This document shows, one piece after another, positions 1 through 10,500 of a DNA stretch of 64,000 nucleotides. A program made the translations under genes and the position numbers. This DNA is from an uncultured Holophagales bacterium (GTDB lineage: Bacteria; Acidobacteriota; Thermoanaerobaculia; Multivoradales; UBA5704). Each line of letters opens with the position of its first letter. The stretch's first letter is position 1. Where the stretch lies: the NCBI GenBank assembly GCA_963842525.1, contig CAWJGT010000034.1, positions 416,001-480,000 on the forward strand. Direction: 5' to 3'. The notes beneath the pieces were generated by a model. It searched no databases. It was not told where the DNA came from and saw nothing but the letters and a program-made list of their open reading frames with translations.

Positions 1-1461
1 GGCTCGCTCCTCGGAACGCCTCTCTATGTGGCGCCGGAGGTCATCCGTCATTGCGCGGCGAGCGGCGCCTCCGACCTCTACTCGTTCGGGGTGATCGCCT
101 ACGAGGTCCTCAGCGGAAGGCCACCTTTTCAGGGCTCGACGGCGGAGGTCCTGGCCGGTCACCTGAACCAGGAGCCTTCTCCGCCGGCTCACTCGGGAGC
201 GCCGCTGTCCGAGGAGATTTGGCAAGCCCTGGAGGAGCCTCTGCGGAAGGACCCCGCGCTACGCCCTGCCAGCGCGCGGGAAGTGGTGAAGTCGATCCGG
301 CGTGCGGCGGAGCGAGAGGCCCTGGCAAGGTGGCGGGCTGTCGAAATCCCGCGCCGGGCATGGCTCTCCGCCCTCCTGATCGCGATCTTTTTACTCGCGG
401 CCCTCTCGCCCTGGCCCGAGCTCGCCGCCGAGCGCTGGGTCCGCGACCTGAGGCTGCGGGCGGTGCCGACGCGCGCGCCGGACCCACGGATTCTCCTGAT
501 GACGCTGGACGATGCTCGTCCGGAAGGCGGAGAGATCCCTCTTACAGACCAGGCCGACGAGATCGGGAGCACGCTCGCCCGTGTTCTCGCGGCAGGGGCA
601 CGCGGCGTGGCGATCGACCTTCTCCTCCACTCCAAATGGGCTGATTCGCCCGCTTTCTCGGATCTGGTCGTCCGGCATCCAGAGTCCCTGACCCTCGCGG
701 CCTTTTCAGAGTCGGATGGAGAGGTGACCGGCACGGACTGTGTCGCCGGTTTGACCGCGACAGCTCTCGGCCCGGAGCGAGCCGCAGGCCTCTTCGGATT
801 CGTGAACCTCGACGAGGATCTGGACGGCTTGGTCCGCCGGGGCCGGACGGGGTACCGCGACCGTTCTGGCCGTGTGCGCCCCTCCTGGGCAGCCAAAGCT
901 GCTGCGTCGCTCAACACCGCCACAGGCCGGCCGGGCACCGGCGAGACCTTCTGGCTCGATCTCCGGATCGACTGGACCCGCTACACAAGGATCTCGTGGC
1001 GGGACGTCTCCGCCGTTCTCGACCGGACCCCGGAGCTCTTCCGCGACCGGCTCGTCTTGGTGGGAGCAGGCTTTTTGGTCTCCAGCGATGATTACTATCG
1101 GGTGCCGCACCAGCTGGCTGGAGACACGGCGGTCTCGGGGCTCACGCTCCAGGCTTTGCTCGTGGACACCATCGCCGCCGGGCTGCCGGTCCGTGAGCCG
1201 GACAGTGCACCGATCCGCGCCACGGCAGCTCTGTTGACGGGCCTCGCCCTGGCGGGCGTCCTCTGCGGGCGGCGGCCGGCCCTCTTTGTGGGCTCGCTCG
1301 CCACTGCGGCGGCCGTCTACGTCGGTCTTTCCTTTCTCGTCTTCAGATGGACGGGCTGGATGCTCCCGGTCTCGTCCCCCTTGCTCCTAGCCCTGCTCGG
1401 GCTTGTCCTGGCGCTGGCCGTACGGCGGATGCTGCCGCCAGGACCGGAGGTCTCGACATGA
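1..1461 (+). CDS. Ser/Thr protein kinase fused to CHASE2 sensor domain (5' partial)
   Basis: Frame is open from base 1: GSLLGTPLYVAPE (activation loop/APE), SDLYSFGV, RPPF and DPALRP kinase C-lobe motifs; then a TM segment, CHASE2 motifs (PDPRILLMTLDD, GARGVAIDLL, GFVNLDEDLDGLVRR, FRDRLVLVG) and three C-terminal TM helices. Confidence 0.88.
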   Translation, partial: GSLLGTPLYVAPEVIRHCAASGASDLYSFGVIAYEVLSGRPPFQGSTAEVLAGHLNQEPSPPAHSGAPLSEEIWQALEEPLRKDPALRPASAREVVKSIRRAAEREALARWRAVEIPRRAWLSALLIAIFLLAALSPWPELAAERWVRDLRLRAVPTRAPDPRILLMTLDDARPEGGEIPLTDQADEIGSTLARVLAAGARGVAIDLLLHSKWADSPAFSDLVVRHPESLTLAAFSESDGEVTGTDCVAGLTATALGPERAAGLFGFVNLDEDLDGLVRRGRTGYRDRSGRVRPSWAAKAAASLNTATGRPGTGETFWLDLRIDWTRYTRISWRDVSAVLDRTPELFRDRLVLVGAGFLVSSDDYYRVPHQLAGDTAVSGLTLQALLVDTIAAGLPVREPDSAPIRATAALLTGLALAGVLCGRRPALFVGSLATAAAVYVGLSFLVFRWTGWMLPVSSPLLLALLGLVLALAVRRMLPPGPEVST

Positions 1462-4400
1462 AAGTATTTCGTACCGTCGGCCTCAGCGTGCTGCTGTGCC
1501 TTCTCCCCTACCACGAAGCTGCATCCGCCCCGCAACAATCCACCAAGCCAGTGGCTCTCATCTATGCGCTCACGGGCGAGGCCACGCTCACAGTACCCGG
1601 CGGCGGGCGCCAGCCGCTGCGCCTCTTCGATCGTCTCTCAGTGGGCACGGCCCTGGAGGTCGGAACGAGCTCACGTCTCGCGATTGCCTTCGCCAACGGG
1701 CGCCGCTACGAGCTCGGCGAGCGTTCCCGCGCGACGCTCGGGCAGTCGGATCTCGCCTCCCGAAGCGGGCCTGTGCGGCCTCTCCCCCGGGTCCCTCCCC
1801 TCCCCCGCATCCTGCCCATTGCCGAGGAGGAACATCCCGGGCCGCGCCCTGGCGCCCCACTCATCCGCGCGGAGCGGATCACGGGACTTTATCCCCGCGA
1901 TGGGGCGGCGACCCTCGCTGCAGCGACCACTCTCCGCTTCGAACCTGTCAACGGCGCCGGGAAGTACCGGATCGAGGTACAGGATCGTCAAGGAAACGTG
2001 GTTTTCGCGACCGAGACGACCGCGTCTTCGGTGGGTCTCTCGCCGAAGGCCCTGCAGCCCGGCAAGCGCTATGACTGGACTGTCCGAACCATCGACCGAG
2101 TGGGCCCTGTCGCGCAGGGGGAGGCAGGCTTCGTCACCCTGCCTGCGCGGGTCGCCGAGGAGCGAGAGGCACTGCGGAAGGCCGTCGAGAGGCTCGGAGA
2201 CAAAGAGCTGCTGGCGCTGCTTGCCGAGGTGGATCGGAGCCTTGGGCTCCTGGACGAGATGGAAACCGGCGTCCTGATAGAGGAGGTCACGCCAGAATCG
2301 TTGGGAAGCCGGGCGGGCCTTCAGGCCGGCGATCTCCTCCTTTCCTGGTGTCGGGCGGAAGACTCGACGGAACACTGTCTCGCCGAAGGGAAATTCGAAT
2401 CTCCTTTTGATTTCGAGGAGATGGATATCGAGCAGGCGCCGCGGGGCGGAGTGAAAGTCTTCGGGAGGCGGGGTGCGGAGAGCAGGACCTGGGCCTTGCT
2501 CCCGGGCTCTCAGTCGATCCGGGTCAGCCCCATGCGACAAGGAGCTGGAGAGGATTGGCTCAACGTCTGGTTCCTGTCACGTGAGGCAGGCGCTCTCGCC
2601 GAAGCCCGGCAGTGGCCGCAAGCCGACTCCCTTTACAAAGAGGCTGTCGATCAGGCTCAGCTCCTGCACGAGGAGAAAATCGAAGCACAGATCCTGAAGG
2701 CCTGGGGGAAAACCTTTCAAAGCCGCGGCACCTGGGAGAAGGCGGAAGATCTCTATCGCCGGTCTCTGGAGCTCGACCGGTCCGCCGGGCGTGAGCTGGC
2801 GGTCGCCTGGACCCTTGATAACCTGGGAGTCATCGCCACCCATCACGGCAGCTCTCAGGAAGCCGAGACCCTCCTCGGACAGGCTCTGGAGATCCTCGAA
2901 AAACTGGCACCGCAGAGCTCCAGATTGGCGGCGAGTCTGAGGAATCTGGGGCACGTGAGGCACATCCAGAGAGACTTCGCCTCTTCGGAGCCGCACCTCG
3001 AACGCGCCTTATCCATCCTCGAAGAACTGTCCCCCTGGAGCTTCGACACCGCGGACGCCCTGAGCTACATGGGCAGAGCCAAGTTGGAACGCGGGAATCA
3101 GGCGGAAGCCGAGGAGCTCTTCCGCCGCGCCAAGGCGATCTGTGAGCGGGTCCGACCCGAAAGCCTCGAAATGGCGAATGTCCTCCACAACCTCGGGCTG
3201 ACGGCGGTGTACCGGGGAGACGACGAGGCCGCGGATCATTTCTCGAAACGTGCGCTGGCGATCCGAGAGAGGCTCGACACCAGCGGGGCAACGGTTGCGA
3301 GCACTCTGGAGAGCCTGGGGCTCCAGGCGTACGGGCGTGAGGATTGGAAAGATGCCGAGGAGTACCTCAATCGCGCCGTCAGCCTGAACGAGAAGCTGGA
3401 GAACGGTCTGCCCCTCGCAAAAGCCCTCCAGAACCTCGGCGCCGCCGTCCTTCGCCGGGGCAAGGGTGATTGCGGCGCGGCCGAGAAACATTTCCAGCGC
3501 TCCCTCGCCATCCGGCAGGAGCTCGACCCCGACAGCCACAGCGTCGCCACGAGCCTACGGAGCCTTGGGTTTCACGGCTTGCAATGTGGTGACCTCCCAA
3601 AGGCAGAAGAGAACTATCAGCGAGCCCTGGTCATGTACGAGAGGCTTGGAGGAACCGGTCACAACTTGGTGTTGCACGACCTGGGCTGGACCTACCGGCA
3701 ACTGGGCCGCTTGTTGGCGGCTGAAGAAGCCCTCTGCCGAGCTGCCGACCTCTTCGAAGCTGGGCGGGAAAGCTCCGGCCGGGAAGTCTACAACGAAGCG
3801 TACTTCATCGATTGCCTCCTTGCGCGAGTCGAGACCGGACGGACGGCAGAGGCCTTCCACGTCCTCGAACGCGGGCGGGCTCGCGTGTTCCTCGAGCAGT
3901 TTGCCGAACGGGATCTCCTGTTCTCGGCCGACCTTCCAGCCGAGATCGCCCGCAGAAAAAGAGAGCTCGCCCATGAGATCGAGTCCACCCAAGGGGCTCT
4001 CGCCCGGCTGAGCTCGACCGAGAACACTGCCGATGCTGAGCGCCTTCTCAACCATCTCCGGGAAACTCGCGACCGGCAGCGGGTGCTCACGGCAGAGATC
4101 CGCAAGGCTCTCCCCGTTTCGCTTCCGTGCACTACCCCCAGCCTCTCGACCTCGACGGCGCGCGCCGAGCCCTCGACCCAGGCACCGTGCTCCTTGCGTA
4201 TGCCGTCGGCGAGGACAAGAGCTATCTCTTCGTGATCCAGCCACCGGATGTCCAAGGCTCCGGGTTTTCGGTCTTTCCTCTCGCGACGAGTGAGCAGGCG
4301 CTCCGGGAAGCCGTCCGATCGTTCCGCAACCTCCTGCAGAAAAGAGATTCCGACAGATCTCATCTGACCTCCCAGGCAAGCGCTCTCTACGATCTTTTGA

Positions 4401-5284
4401 TCGGACCGGCCGAAGCCCAGATTGCAGCGGCGAAGCGAATCCTCGTCTCGGCCGACGGCCCCCTCCACACGCTGCCCTTCGCTGCGCTCGTGCGCAAGGG
4501 CCGGTATTTCGTCGAATGGAAGCCACTCCATTCCATCCTTTCGGCGACCGTGTATGCGGAGCTGAAGAGGACGCGCCGCACATCCGCAGACCCCGCACAG
4601 AGCCAGCTCATCGCCTTTGGCGATCCGATCTATCCGCCGCTCCCGAAGGATCGAGAAACCGCACCCGCGCCGACTCTCGAAATCCTCACAGCGGTCCGCC
4701 GCGGCCTCTCTCTCGATCCGATCCCCGCCACTCGGAAAGAAGTCGAGAGCATCGCATCGCTTTACCCCCGGGCACGGATCTACCTGGGCGCAGAGGCAAC
4801 CGAGGAACGGGTCAAATCGGTCGGCTCAGAGGCCCGCCTTCTTCACTTTGCATCCCACGGTCTGTTCAACGAGCGCTTCCCCCTCGACTCCGCCCTGGCC
4901 CTAACCATCCCCCCACATCCGGCGGAAGGCCAGGATAATGGACTTCTGCAGGCGTGGGAAATCCTCGAGAGCCTGCGCCTGGACGCCGATCTCGTGACGC
5001 TTTCCGCCTGCGACACGGCGCTCGGAAAGGAAAGCGGCGGCGAAGGGCTCGTCGGCCTGACTCGGGCCTTTCAGTACGCCGGGGCACGTTCGGTCCTCGC
5101 TTCCTTGTGGAGCATCTCCGATATCTCCACAGGCGACCTCATGAAGAGTTTCTACGGCCATCTCCGGACCGGCCAGGCAAAAGACGAAGCTCTGCACCTG
5201 GCCCAGATCGAGCTGATCCGTTCTACCAAGTTCTCCCATCCCTATCACTGGGCCGCCTTCCAGCTCTCGGGCGACTGGAAATAG
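1458..5284 (+). CDS. Secreted PDZ/TPR/CHAT (caspase-like) protease; single frameshift near 4108
   Basis: ATG 1458 overlaps the upstream TGA (ATGA); signal peptide MKVFRTVGLSVLLCLL; PDZ-like segment (GVLIEEVTPESLGSRAGLQAGDLL); multiple TPRs; adding one base near 4108 joins ORF 1347..4235 to 4127..5284 (KASPRFASVHYPQPLD); CHAT His/Cys motifs HFASHG and LSACDT; C-terminal HPYHWAAF. Confidence 0.9.
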
Positions 5285-5298
5285 CTCGACCCACTCGG

Positions 5299-5347
5299 GT
5301 CTCAAGATTGAGACACTGCACCAGGCCAAGAGTGTCAAATGTGATAC
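5299..5347. promoter_or_regulatory. Paired palindromic enhancer (UAS) copy 1
   Basis: GTCTCAagatTGAGAC (5299-5314) and GTGTCAaatgTGATAC (5332-5347), starts 33 bp apart. Confidence 0.7.
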
Positions 5348-5379
5348 ACGGTGTGTCGTACGCCCGGCGAAATATGATT

Positions 5380-5395
5380 CGGCATGTACGTTGCA
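5380..5395 (+). promoter_or_regulatory. sigma54 (-24/-12) promoter
   Basis: cGGCATGTACGTTGCa: GG-N10-GC with a good match to TGGCAC-N5-TTGC; lies between the UAS pair and the gene at 5476. Confidence 0.72.
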
Positions 5396-5475
5396 CTTGG
5401 CCGGAGCGTCATCAACGGTGCGGCTGGGAGTCATTGCCGGCACCTGGCGCTGCACACAAGAAGGGAGAAGCACCT

Positions 5476-5823
5476 ATGAAGCGGATTCTGATCGGCCTCG
5501 TGATCGCCACCTTGTCCTCCGTGCCGTCGTATGCGGTCTGTACCAACAAGCCGATTGCCGTCACGGATGTCTTCAACATGCCGAAGAACACGACTCTGAC
5601 CATCCTCGACGCTACCCTGGCAAGCAATGATATCGACGGCGACGGCGATACCTTGTCCGCAGGGGTCCTGGGCCCACCCACCTACGGATCCTTTTGCGGC
5701 ATCGGTCCGGGCGGAGTCTGCTATCAACCGCCCACCAACTTCACGGGGTTGGACTCGATGCCTTACTACGTGACAGACGGCTGCTCCACGACCTACGGAA
5801 CGATCCTGATCTTCGTACAGTAG
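5476..5823 (+). CDS. Small secreted Ig/cadherin-like domain protein
   Basis: RBS AAGGGAG; signal peptide MKRILIGLVIATLSSVPSYA; NKPIAVTD..LASNDIDGDGDTL..YQPPTNFTGLDSMPYYVTDG pattern typical of bacterial cadherin-like/Big_9 repeats. Confidence 0.8.
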   Translation: MKRILIGLVIATLSSVPSYAVCTNKPIAVTDVFNMPKNTTLTILDATLASNDIDGDGDTLSAGVLGPPTYGSFCGIGPGGVCYQPPTNFTGLDSMPYYVTDGCSTTYGTILIFVQ

Positions 5824-5830
5824 CCCGGAC

Positions 5831-5868
5831 CGGGCCTCCCCTCGCGGTGTGACCCGAGGGGAGGCCCG
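5831..5868 (+). terminator. GC-rich hairpin after the Ig-like gene
   Basis: CGGGCCTCCCCTCG (5831-5844) pairs with CGAGGGGAGGCCCG (5855-5868); no clear U-tract. Confidence 0.55.
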
Positions 5869-5883
5869 CGCGGCCCGCTGTGC

Positions 5884-5931
5884 GTTTCAGGAATGAGACG
5901 CGCAACCTTCCAGCAGTCTCGAAAGTGAGAC
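5884..5931. promoter_or_regulatory. Paired palindromic enhancer (UAS) copy 2
   Basis: GTTTCAggaaTGAGAC (5884-5899) and GTCTCGaaagTGAGAC (5916-5931), starts 32 bp apart. Confidence 0.62.
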
Positions 5932-5944
5932 CGCCCGCGCGGCA

Positions 5945-6028
5945 GGGTCTGGTATCGATACTTGCGATGGAGGAACAGAGCCCGACACCTGCGTCAACTG
6001 CGAGAGCGTGAGCAACTGTAATCCGTAG
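5945..6028 (+). pseudogene. C-terminal remnant of a third hemolysin-type Ca-binding repeat paralog
   Basis: Manual translation GSGIDTCDGGTEPDTCVNCESVSNCNP* matches the C-termini of the genes at 6331 (DTLDGGTEFNTCVNGETVSNCP*) and 6967 (GTDTCDGGTETDTCSCESTTNCP*). Confidence 0.8.
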
Positions 6029-6147
6029 AGAACCCAAGCCGCCACGTCCTGACCCCGGGGACTCTCTGCACGCGCCTGAATGGAGGGTCCCTTCTCCTCA
6101 AGAGCGTCCTGACGTTCCAGACCCCCAGCCTCAAGGGCCTTCCCTGA

Positions 6148-6196
6148 GTCTCAAGATTGAGACGCAGGATCAAGCCAAGAGTCTCAGCGGTGATAC
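6148..6196. promoter_or_regulatory. Paired palindromic enhancer (UAS) copy 3
   Basis: GTCTCAagatTGAGAC (6148-6163, identical to copy 1) and GTCTCAgcggTGATAC (6181-6196), starts 33 bp apart; spacer ends in GCCAAGA as in copy 1. Confidence 0.72.
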
Positions 6197-6259
6197 GGCG
6201 GCGCGGCGCCCTCTGGGTCAAGTCCTTTGCTTTCAACAGATTCTCATTGCTACCCCCTC

Positions 6260-6274
6260 TGGAACGGACTTTGC
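6260..6274 (+). promoter_or_regulatory. sigma54 (-24/-12) promoter
   Basis: TGGAACGGACTTTGC: GG-N10-GC, upstream of the ATG at 6331. Confidence 0.72.
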
Positions 6275-6330
6275 CCTGGGCTCAGTCACCTCCGGCGTGG
6301 TGCCGGGCATACCTCGAAAGGAGAAGAGAG

Positions 6331-6894
6331 ATGCAGACAGACGCACGCAAGATTCTCATGTTCGCAGCACTGGCACTCCTCGTCTGGGGCACGCCACGAG
6401 CCTTCGCGATTCCGCCCATCTGCGACGAAGAGGGGGTCGTGCTGCACGGCACCCCTGGGAACGACGTGATCTATGGAACCTGCGCCCCGGACGAGCTCTA
6501 CGGCGGGGCGGGCGACGACACCCTCTACGGCTTTGACAGTGGCGACATCCTGCGGGGAGAAAGTGGCAGCGACACCAGCGATGGCGGTGCCACCTTCAGG
6601 AGCGGGAGCGATTTCATCGAAGACTTTGACGGCAACGACATCGCCTGGGGCGGCCCCGGCAACGACGAGATCTATACCCACAAGGGCTATGACGAGCAGC
6701 ATGGAGGGAACGGAAACGACTTCATGACGGGAGGCGGTGACGGCGACACCATGTACGGTGACGCGGGGAGTGACACTCTCTGGGGGGAGAAAGGATATGA
6801 CTATCTCGATGGAGGCACCGAAACCGATACTCTCGACGGAGGTACGGAGTTCAACACCTGCGTCAACGGTGAGACGGTCAGCAACTGTCCATAG
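6331..6894 (+). CDS. Secreted hemolysin-type (RTX-like GGxGxD) calcium-binding repeat protein
   Basis: RBS AAGGAG; signal peptide ending PRAFA; repeats GGAGDDTLY, GGPGNDEIY, GGNGNDFMT, GEKGYDYLD. Confidence 0.85.
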   Translation: MQTDARKILMFAALALLVWGTPRAFAIPPICDEEGVVLHGTPGNDVIYGTCAPDELYGGAGDDTLYGFDSGDILRGESGSDTSDGGATFRSGSDFIEDFDGNDIAWGGPGNDEIYTHKGYDEQHGGNGNDFMTGGGDGDTMYGDAGSDTLWGEKGYDYLDGGTETDTLDGGTEFNTCVNGETVSNCP

Positions 6895-6966
6895 AGAAGG
6901 CGGCCCGCGATGTCTTGCGCGTCTCCGGCGTGGTGCCGACGACCATCATTCGAAAGGAGAAGACAG

Positions 6967-7503
6967 ATGCGGCAGACAGGTCTGCGAATCGTCCTCGTCG
7001 TTGTTTCAGGTCTCCTCGCCGGGGTCGTGCCTCCGGCATTTGCAACCTGCAACTGCACAACGACCATCCTGGGCACCAACGGTGCCGATTCGATCACCGG
7101 AACGTCGGCCGCGGAGTGCATCTATGGCCGGGATGGCGACGACTACCTCAATGGAGCGGATGGGAATGACTGCATCTTCGGTGAGGGCGGCAACGACATC
7201 AGCGTCGGGGGCTTCGGGAACGACACCATCAACGACGACGTAGGAAGCGACACGGCCTATGGCGACGAGGGCGGCGATGACATCTTCACCCATCAGGAGG
7301 TCGATTATCAGTACGGAGGGAATAGCAATGATTTCATGACAGGAGGCCAGGGAGGGGATGTCATGTCCGGCAACGGAGGGAATGACACTCTCTGGGGAGA
7401 GAAGGACAACGACTCCCTGACCGGAGGAAACGGTACCGACACCTGTGATGGAGGCACGGAAACCGACACCTGCTCCTGTGAGAGCACGACCAACTGCCCC
7501 TAG
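6967..7503 (+). CDS. Secreted hemolysin-type calcium-binding repeat protein (tandem paralog)
   Basis: RBS AAGGAG; signal peptide ending PPAFA; repeats GRDGDDYLN, GEGGNDIS, GGFGNDTIN, GNGGNDTLW; leader TCCGGCGTGGTGCCG...CGAAAGGAGAAGA shared with the 6331 gene. Confidence 0.85.
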   Translation: MRQTGLRIVLVVVSGLLAGVVPPAFATCNCTTTILGTNGADSITGTSAAECIYGRDGDDYLNGADGNDCIFGEGGNDISVGGFGNDTINDDVGSDTAYGDEGGDDIFTHQEVDYQYGGNSNDFMTGGQGGDVMSGNGGNDTLWGEKDNDSLTGGNGTDTCDGGTETDTCSCESTTNCP

Positions 7504-7532
7504 AGGTCCCCAAGCCGTCACGATCTGACTCC

Positions 7533-7570
7533 GGGGCCCTCCGATCGCGCCGATCGAAGGGCCCCCCTTT
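7533..7570 (+). terminator. Hairpin with short T-tract after the second RTX-like gene
   Basis: GGGGCCCTCCGATCG-cgc-CGATCGAAGGGCCCC followed by CCTTT. Confidence 0.5.
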
Positions 7571-7587
7571 CCTGGAGAGGCACCCTG

Positions 7588-10500
7588 ATGACCCGGCGAT
7601 CGACGTTCTCTCACGTTTTGCTCCCAGCCTTTCTCCTTCTTGGCGCTCCTTTTGCCCGCGCTGCCGAAATCGAGGTCCGCGGGACGATTCTGCGTCCGTC
7701 GGGCGAGCCGCTGCCGGGTGTGCGCGTCGAGCTGGTGGCCGAGCTTTCCCGGTACGATCTGGCCCAGGCAGCTCTTCGCGGCGAGGTTCGTCCCGTCCCA
7801 CTGGCGACAGCGGCCTCAGATCACCGAGGCCATTATCGATTGGTTGCGCCGAAAGCTGGAATTTTCCGCGTCCTCGTCGACGCCGAAGGGTGCTTTCCTT
7901 TGGCGGCCGGACCTTTGGCGCTCACCGGCTCCACCGACCTCGCCCCGGTCGTTCCGCCTGCGGCCTCTCAGATGCGTGTGCGCGTGCTGGACGCCGAAGG
8001 CCGGCCCATCGCCGGCGCACGGGTCCAGGCGCGCGGCCCGGCCGAGCGGCGCTTTGCGCGCGAGCTCCCGAAGCCTTGGGGCATCGCCCCCAGGACGGCG
8101 CGGACGGACGCGGACGGGCAGGCCCTCCTGCCGCAACTGCCCGGAGAGTCGCTCGAGGTCCTCGCCTCTCATGCGGGCGCGACCGAGGCCCGGGCGAAGG
8201 GAGCGAGCGCAGAGGCGATCCTCCGTCTGAGCCGCGAAATCACTCCTCACAGCGTCGCCCTGCCGGTGCTCTCCACCATCGCAGGGAACGTGCGGACAGG
8301 TGGAAGAGCCCCTCTCGCCGGCTCGCTCGTCTGGTCGCCCGAGGATCCCGGTCTGTGGACCATGACGGATGCGACGGGACAGTACCGCCTCGCCGTGCCT
8401 CCGGCGGTGCGCTCGTTGCGGGTCGAGGCCGCGGGCTTCCTCTCCCGGCAGGCCCGGCTGACTGAAGCCGACATCCGCCGCGGCCGGGCGCCGACCCTCG
8501 CCCTCCAGCCGGCCACGTCCCTGGTGGGCACGGTGCTCGATGAGAGCGGTACTGCGCTTGAAGGGATCGTCGTCGCGGCGACCCTGGAGGGCGGACCTCC
8601 CGGACTGTCGCCCTCGGCCGTCGTCGCCTGGGGCTCCAGCGATCGAGCGGGCCGGTTCGAGCTGCGTGGCTTGACGCCCGGAACCCCCTATCGGGTCGAG
8701 GAGGCGCAGGCCGGTCTCTTTGCGGAGCCGCAAACGGTGATCGCCTCGCGGCCGGGTGCTCCGCCGCCCCCTCTCCGGCTCGTGCTCGCCGTCTCCCAGG
8801 GAGTGCGCGGGCGGGTGCTCGATCTTGCCGGCCAGCCGATCCCCAAAGCCGAGATCCTCCTGCGAGGGGCTCGTCCCCCGAAACGCTCGGACCTCCAGCC
8901 GATCGAGCCCCTGCGCCCCGAGGAGGAGCCGTATCGCGCATGGACCGACGCGCGCGGCGTCTTCACCGTCCGTGAGCTGCCGGCACTCGACGTCGATGTG
9001 ATCGCTCGCAAGCCCGGCTTTACGCCGTCCGTCGTCCGCGGTCTGCAGATCCGTCCGGGCAAGACGCCTCAGCCGGCCGGCGACATCGTGCTGCGGCCGG
9101 GAGTTCGCCTCGCTGGCCGGGTCGTCGATTGGGCCGGCCGCGGGATCGCGGACGCGGCGGTCCACCGGGTCCAACAGATCGATGATCTCGACCGGCTGGA
9201 GGCGCGCCTGCGCGAGCGCCTGCCGGCTGCGGTCAGCGCCGGCGACGGCAGCTTCGTCCTCGGCGACCAGCCTTCAGGAGCCCCCCTGAACCTGGTCATC
9301 TCCGCCCAGGGCTTCACCCCGGCGGGCCTGCGCGGCGTGCGCGCTCCGGTCGCCCAGCCGGTCGTCGTGCGCCTCGATCCGGCAGCGCTGGTTCGCGGCC
9401 GCGTCGTGGATGAAGACGGTGCGGGCATTTCGGGAGCCAGGATCTTTCTTGAATGGCGGAGCAGCTTGCCGGAAAAGCCGAGCGTCCAGACCGGCGAGCA
9501 TGCCGCGCGCACTGCCGTCTCGGACCGCGAAGGACGCTTCGAGCTGCGGGGCGTGCCGGAGGGATCTGGTGAAGTCACCGTCGAGGCCGACGGGTTCGTC
9601 GCCTCGGACTCTTTCCCGGTGGTGATCCCCCAGGATCCCAAGAACGAATGGACCGTGGTCCTCCAGCGCGGCGCGATCCTCGAAGGGAGGATCTCCACCC
9701 GGCAGGGCGATCCGGTCGGCGGTACGCGCGTCACCGTCGAGAGTGCCCAAGCTCGGTCGGACGATGACGGAAAGTATCTTCTCGCGGGCGTCCCCCTCGG
9801 GGAGTTCGAGGTCGAGGTCGTTCATGCCGACTACCCGCGCCAGGTCCGCATGCTGAAGATCGAGAGCGGCTCCAACGTCCTGGACGTCCAACTCCAGGAC
9901 GGCCACCGGGTGACCGGAATCGTGCTTTCCGCGGCGCGCGAGCCGGTCCCGGGAGCCTCCGTCTCTCTGGAGACCCTGGTGGAGGGACGAGATCAACGGG
10001 CCTACCGCACCCATACCGGCATGGCCGGCACCTTCGAGCTTCCCGACCGTGGCGGACGGCGAATACCAGATCGTGGCGTCGGCCGACGGCTTCGCCGAGG
10101 AAAAGCCGTCCGAGACCATCACGATCCGCGGCAGCGATCGGAACGACCTCGAAGTGATCCTCGATCGCGGCGCCTCGATCGTCGGCCGCGTCCTCGGGCT
10201 GCCGCGGGAGGAGCTGGCCTGGGTCGAGGTGTCCGCCGAGGGCGACGATGTGGATGCCGGGAGCCCCGTCGTCCGAGTGGACGCCGAAGGCCGCTTCGCC
10301 TTGCGCCACCTTGCGCTGGGCAACTGGCAGGTGCGCGCACGGCACCCCCAACGCCAGCGTTCCGTCGAGGTGCGGGCCGTCCTCCGGGCCCACGGCGAAG
10401 AGGCCGTGCGCGATCTCCGGTTCGGTGGCGGCTTGAGCCTCACGGGCCGGGTGGTCCTCGCCGACGAGCCGCTCGCCGGCGCCCTGGTGAGCCTCCGCGC

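Noticed and set aside
4100-4130. Programmed ribosomal frameshift between the TPR and CHAT regions
   Set aside because: No slippery heptamer is evident, and similar single-base shifts occur throughout the window.
5950-5966. sigma54 promoter after enhancer copy 2 (TGGTATCGATACTTGC)
   Set aside because: GG-GC spacing is 11 rather than 10, and the bases are better explained as coding remnant (GIDTC).
5299-6196. Integron attC sites or IS ends
   Set aside because: No integrase or transposase, no attC-type long imperfect hairpin and no target duplication seen; helical phasing next to sigma54 sites fits activator binding better.
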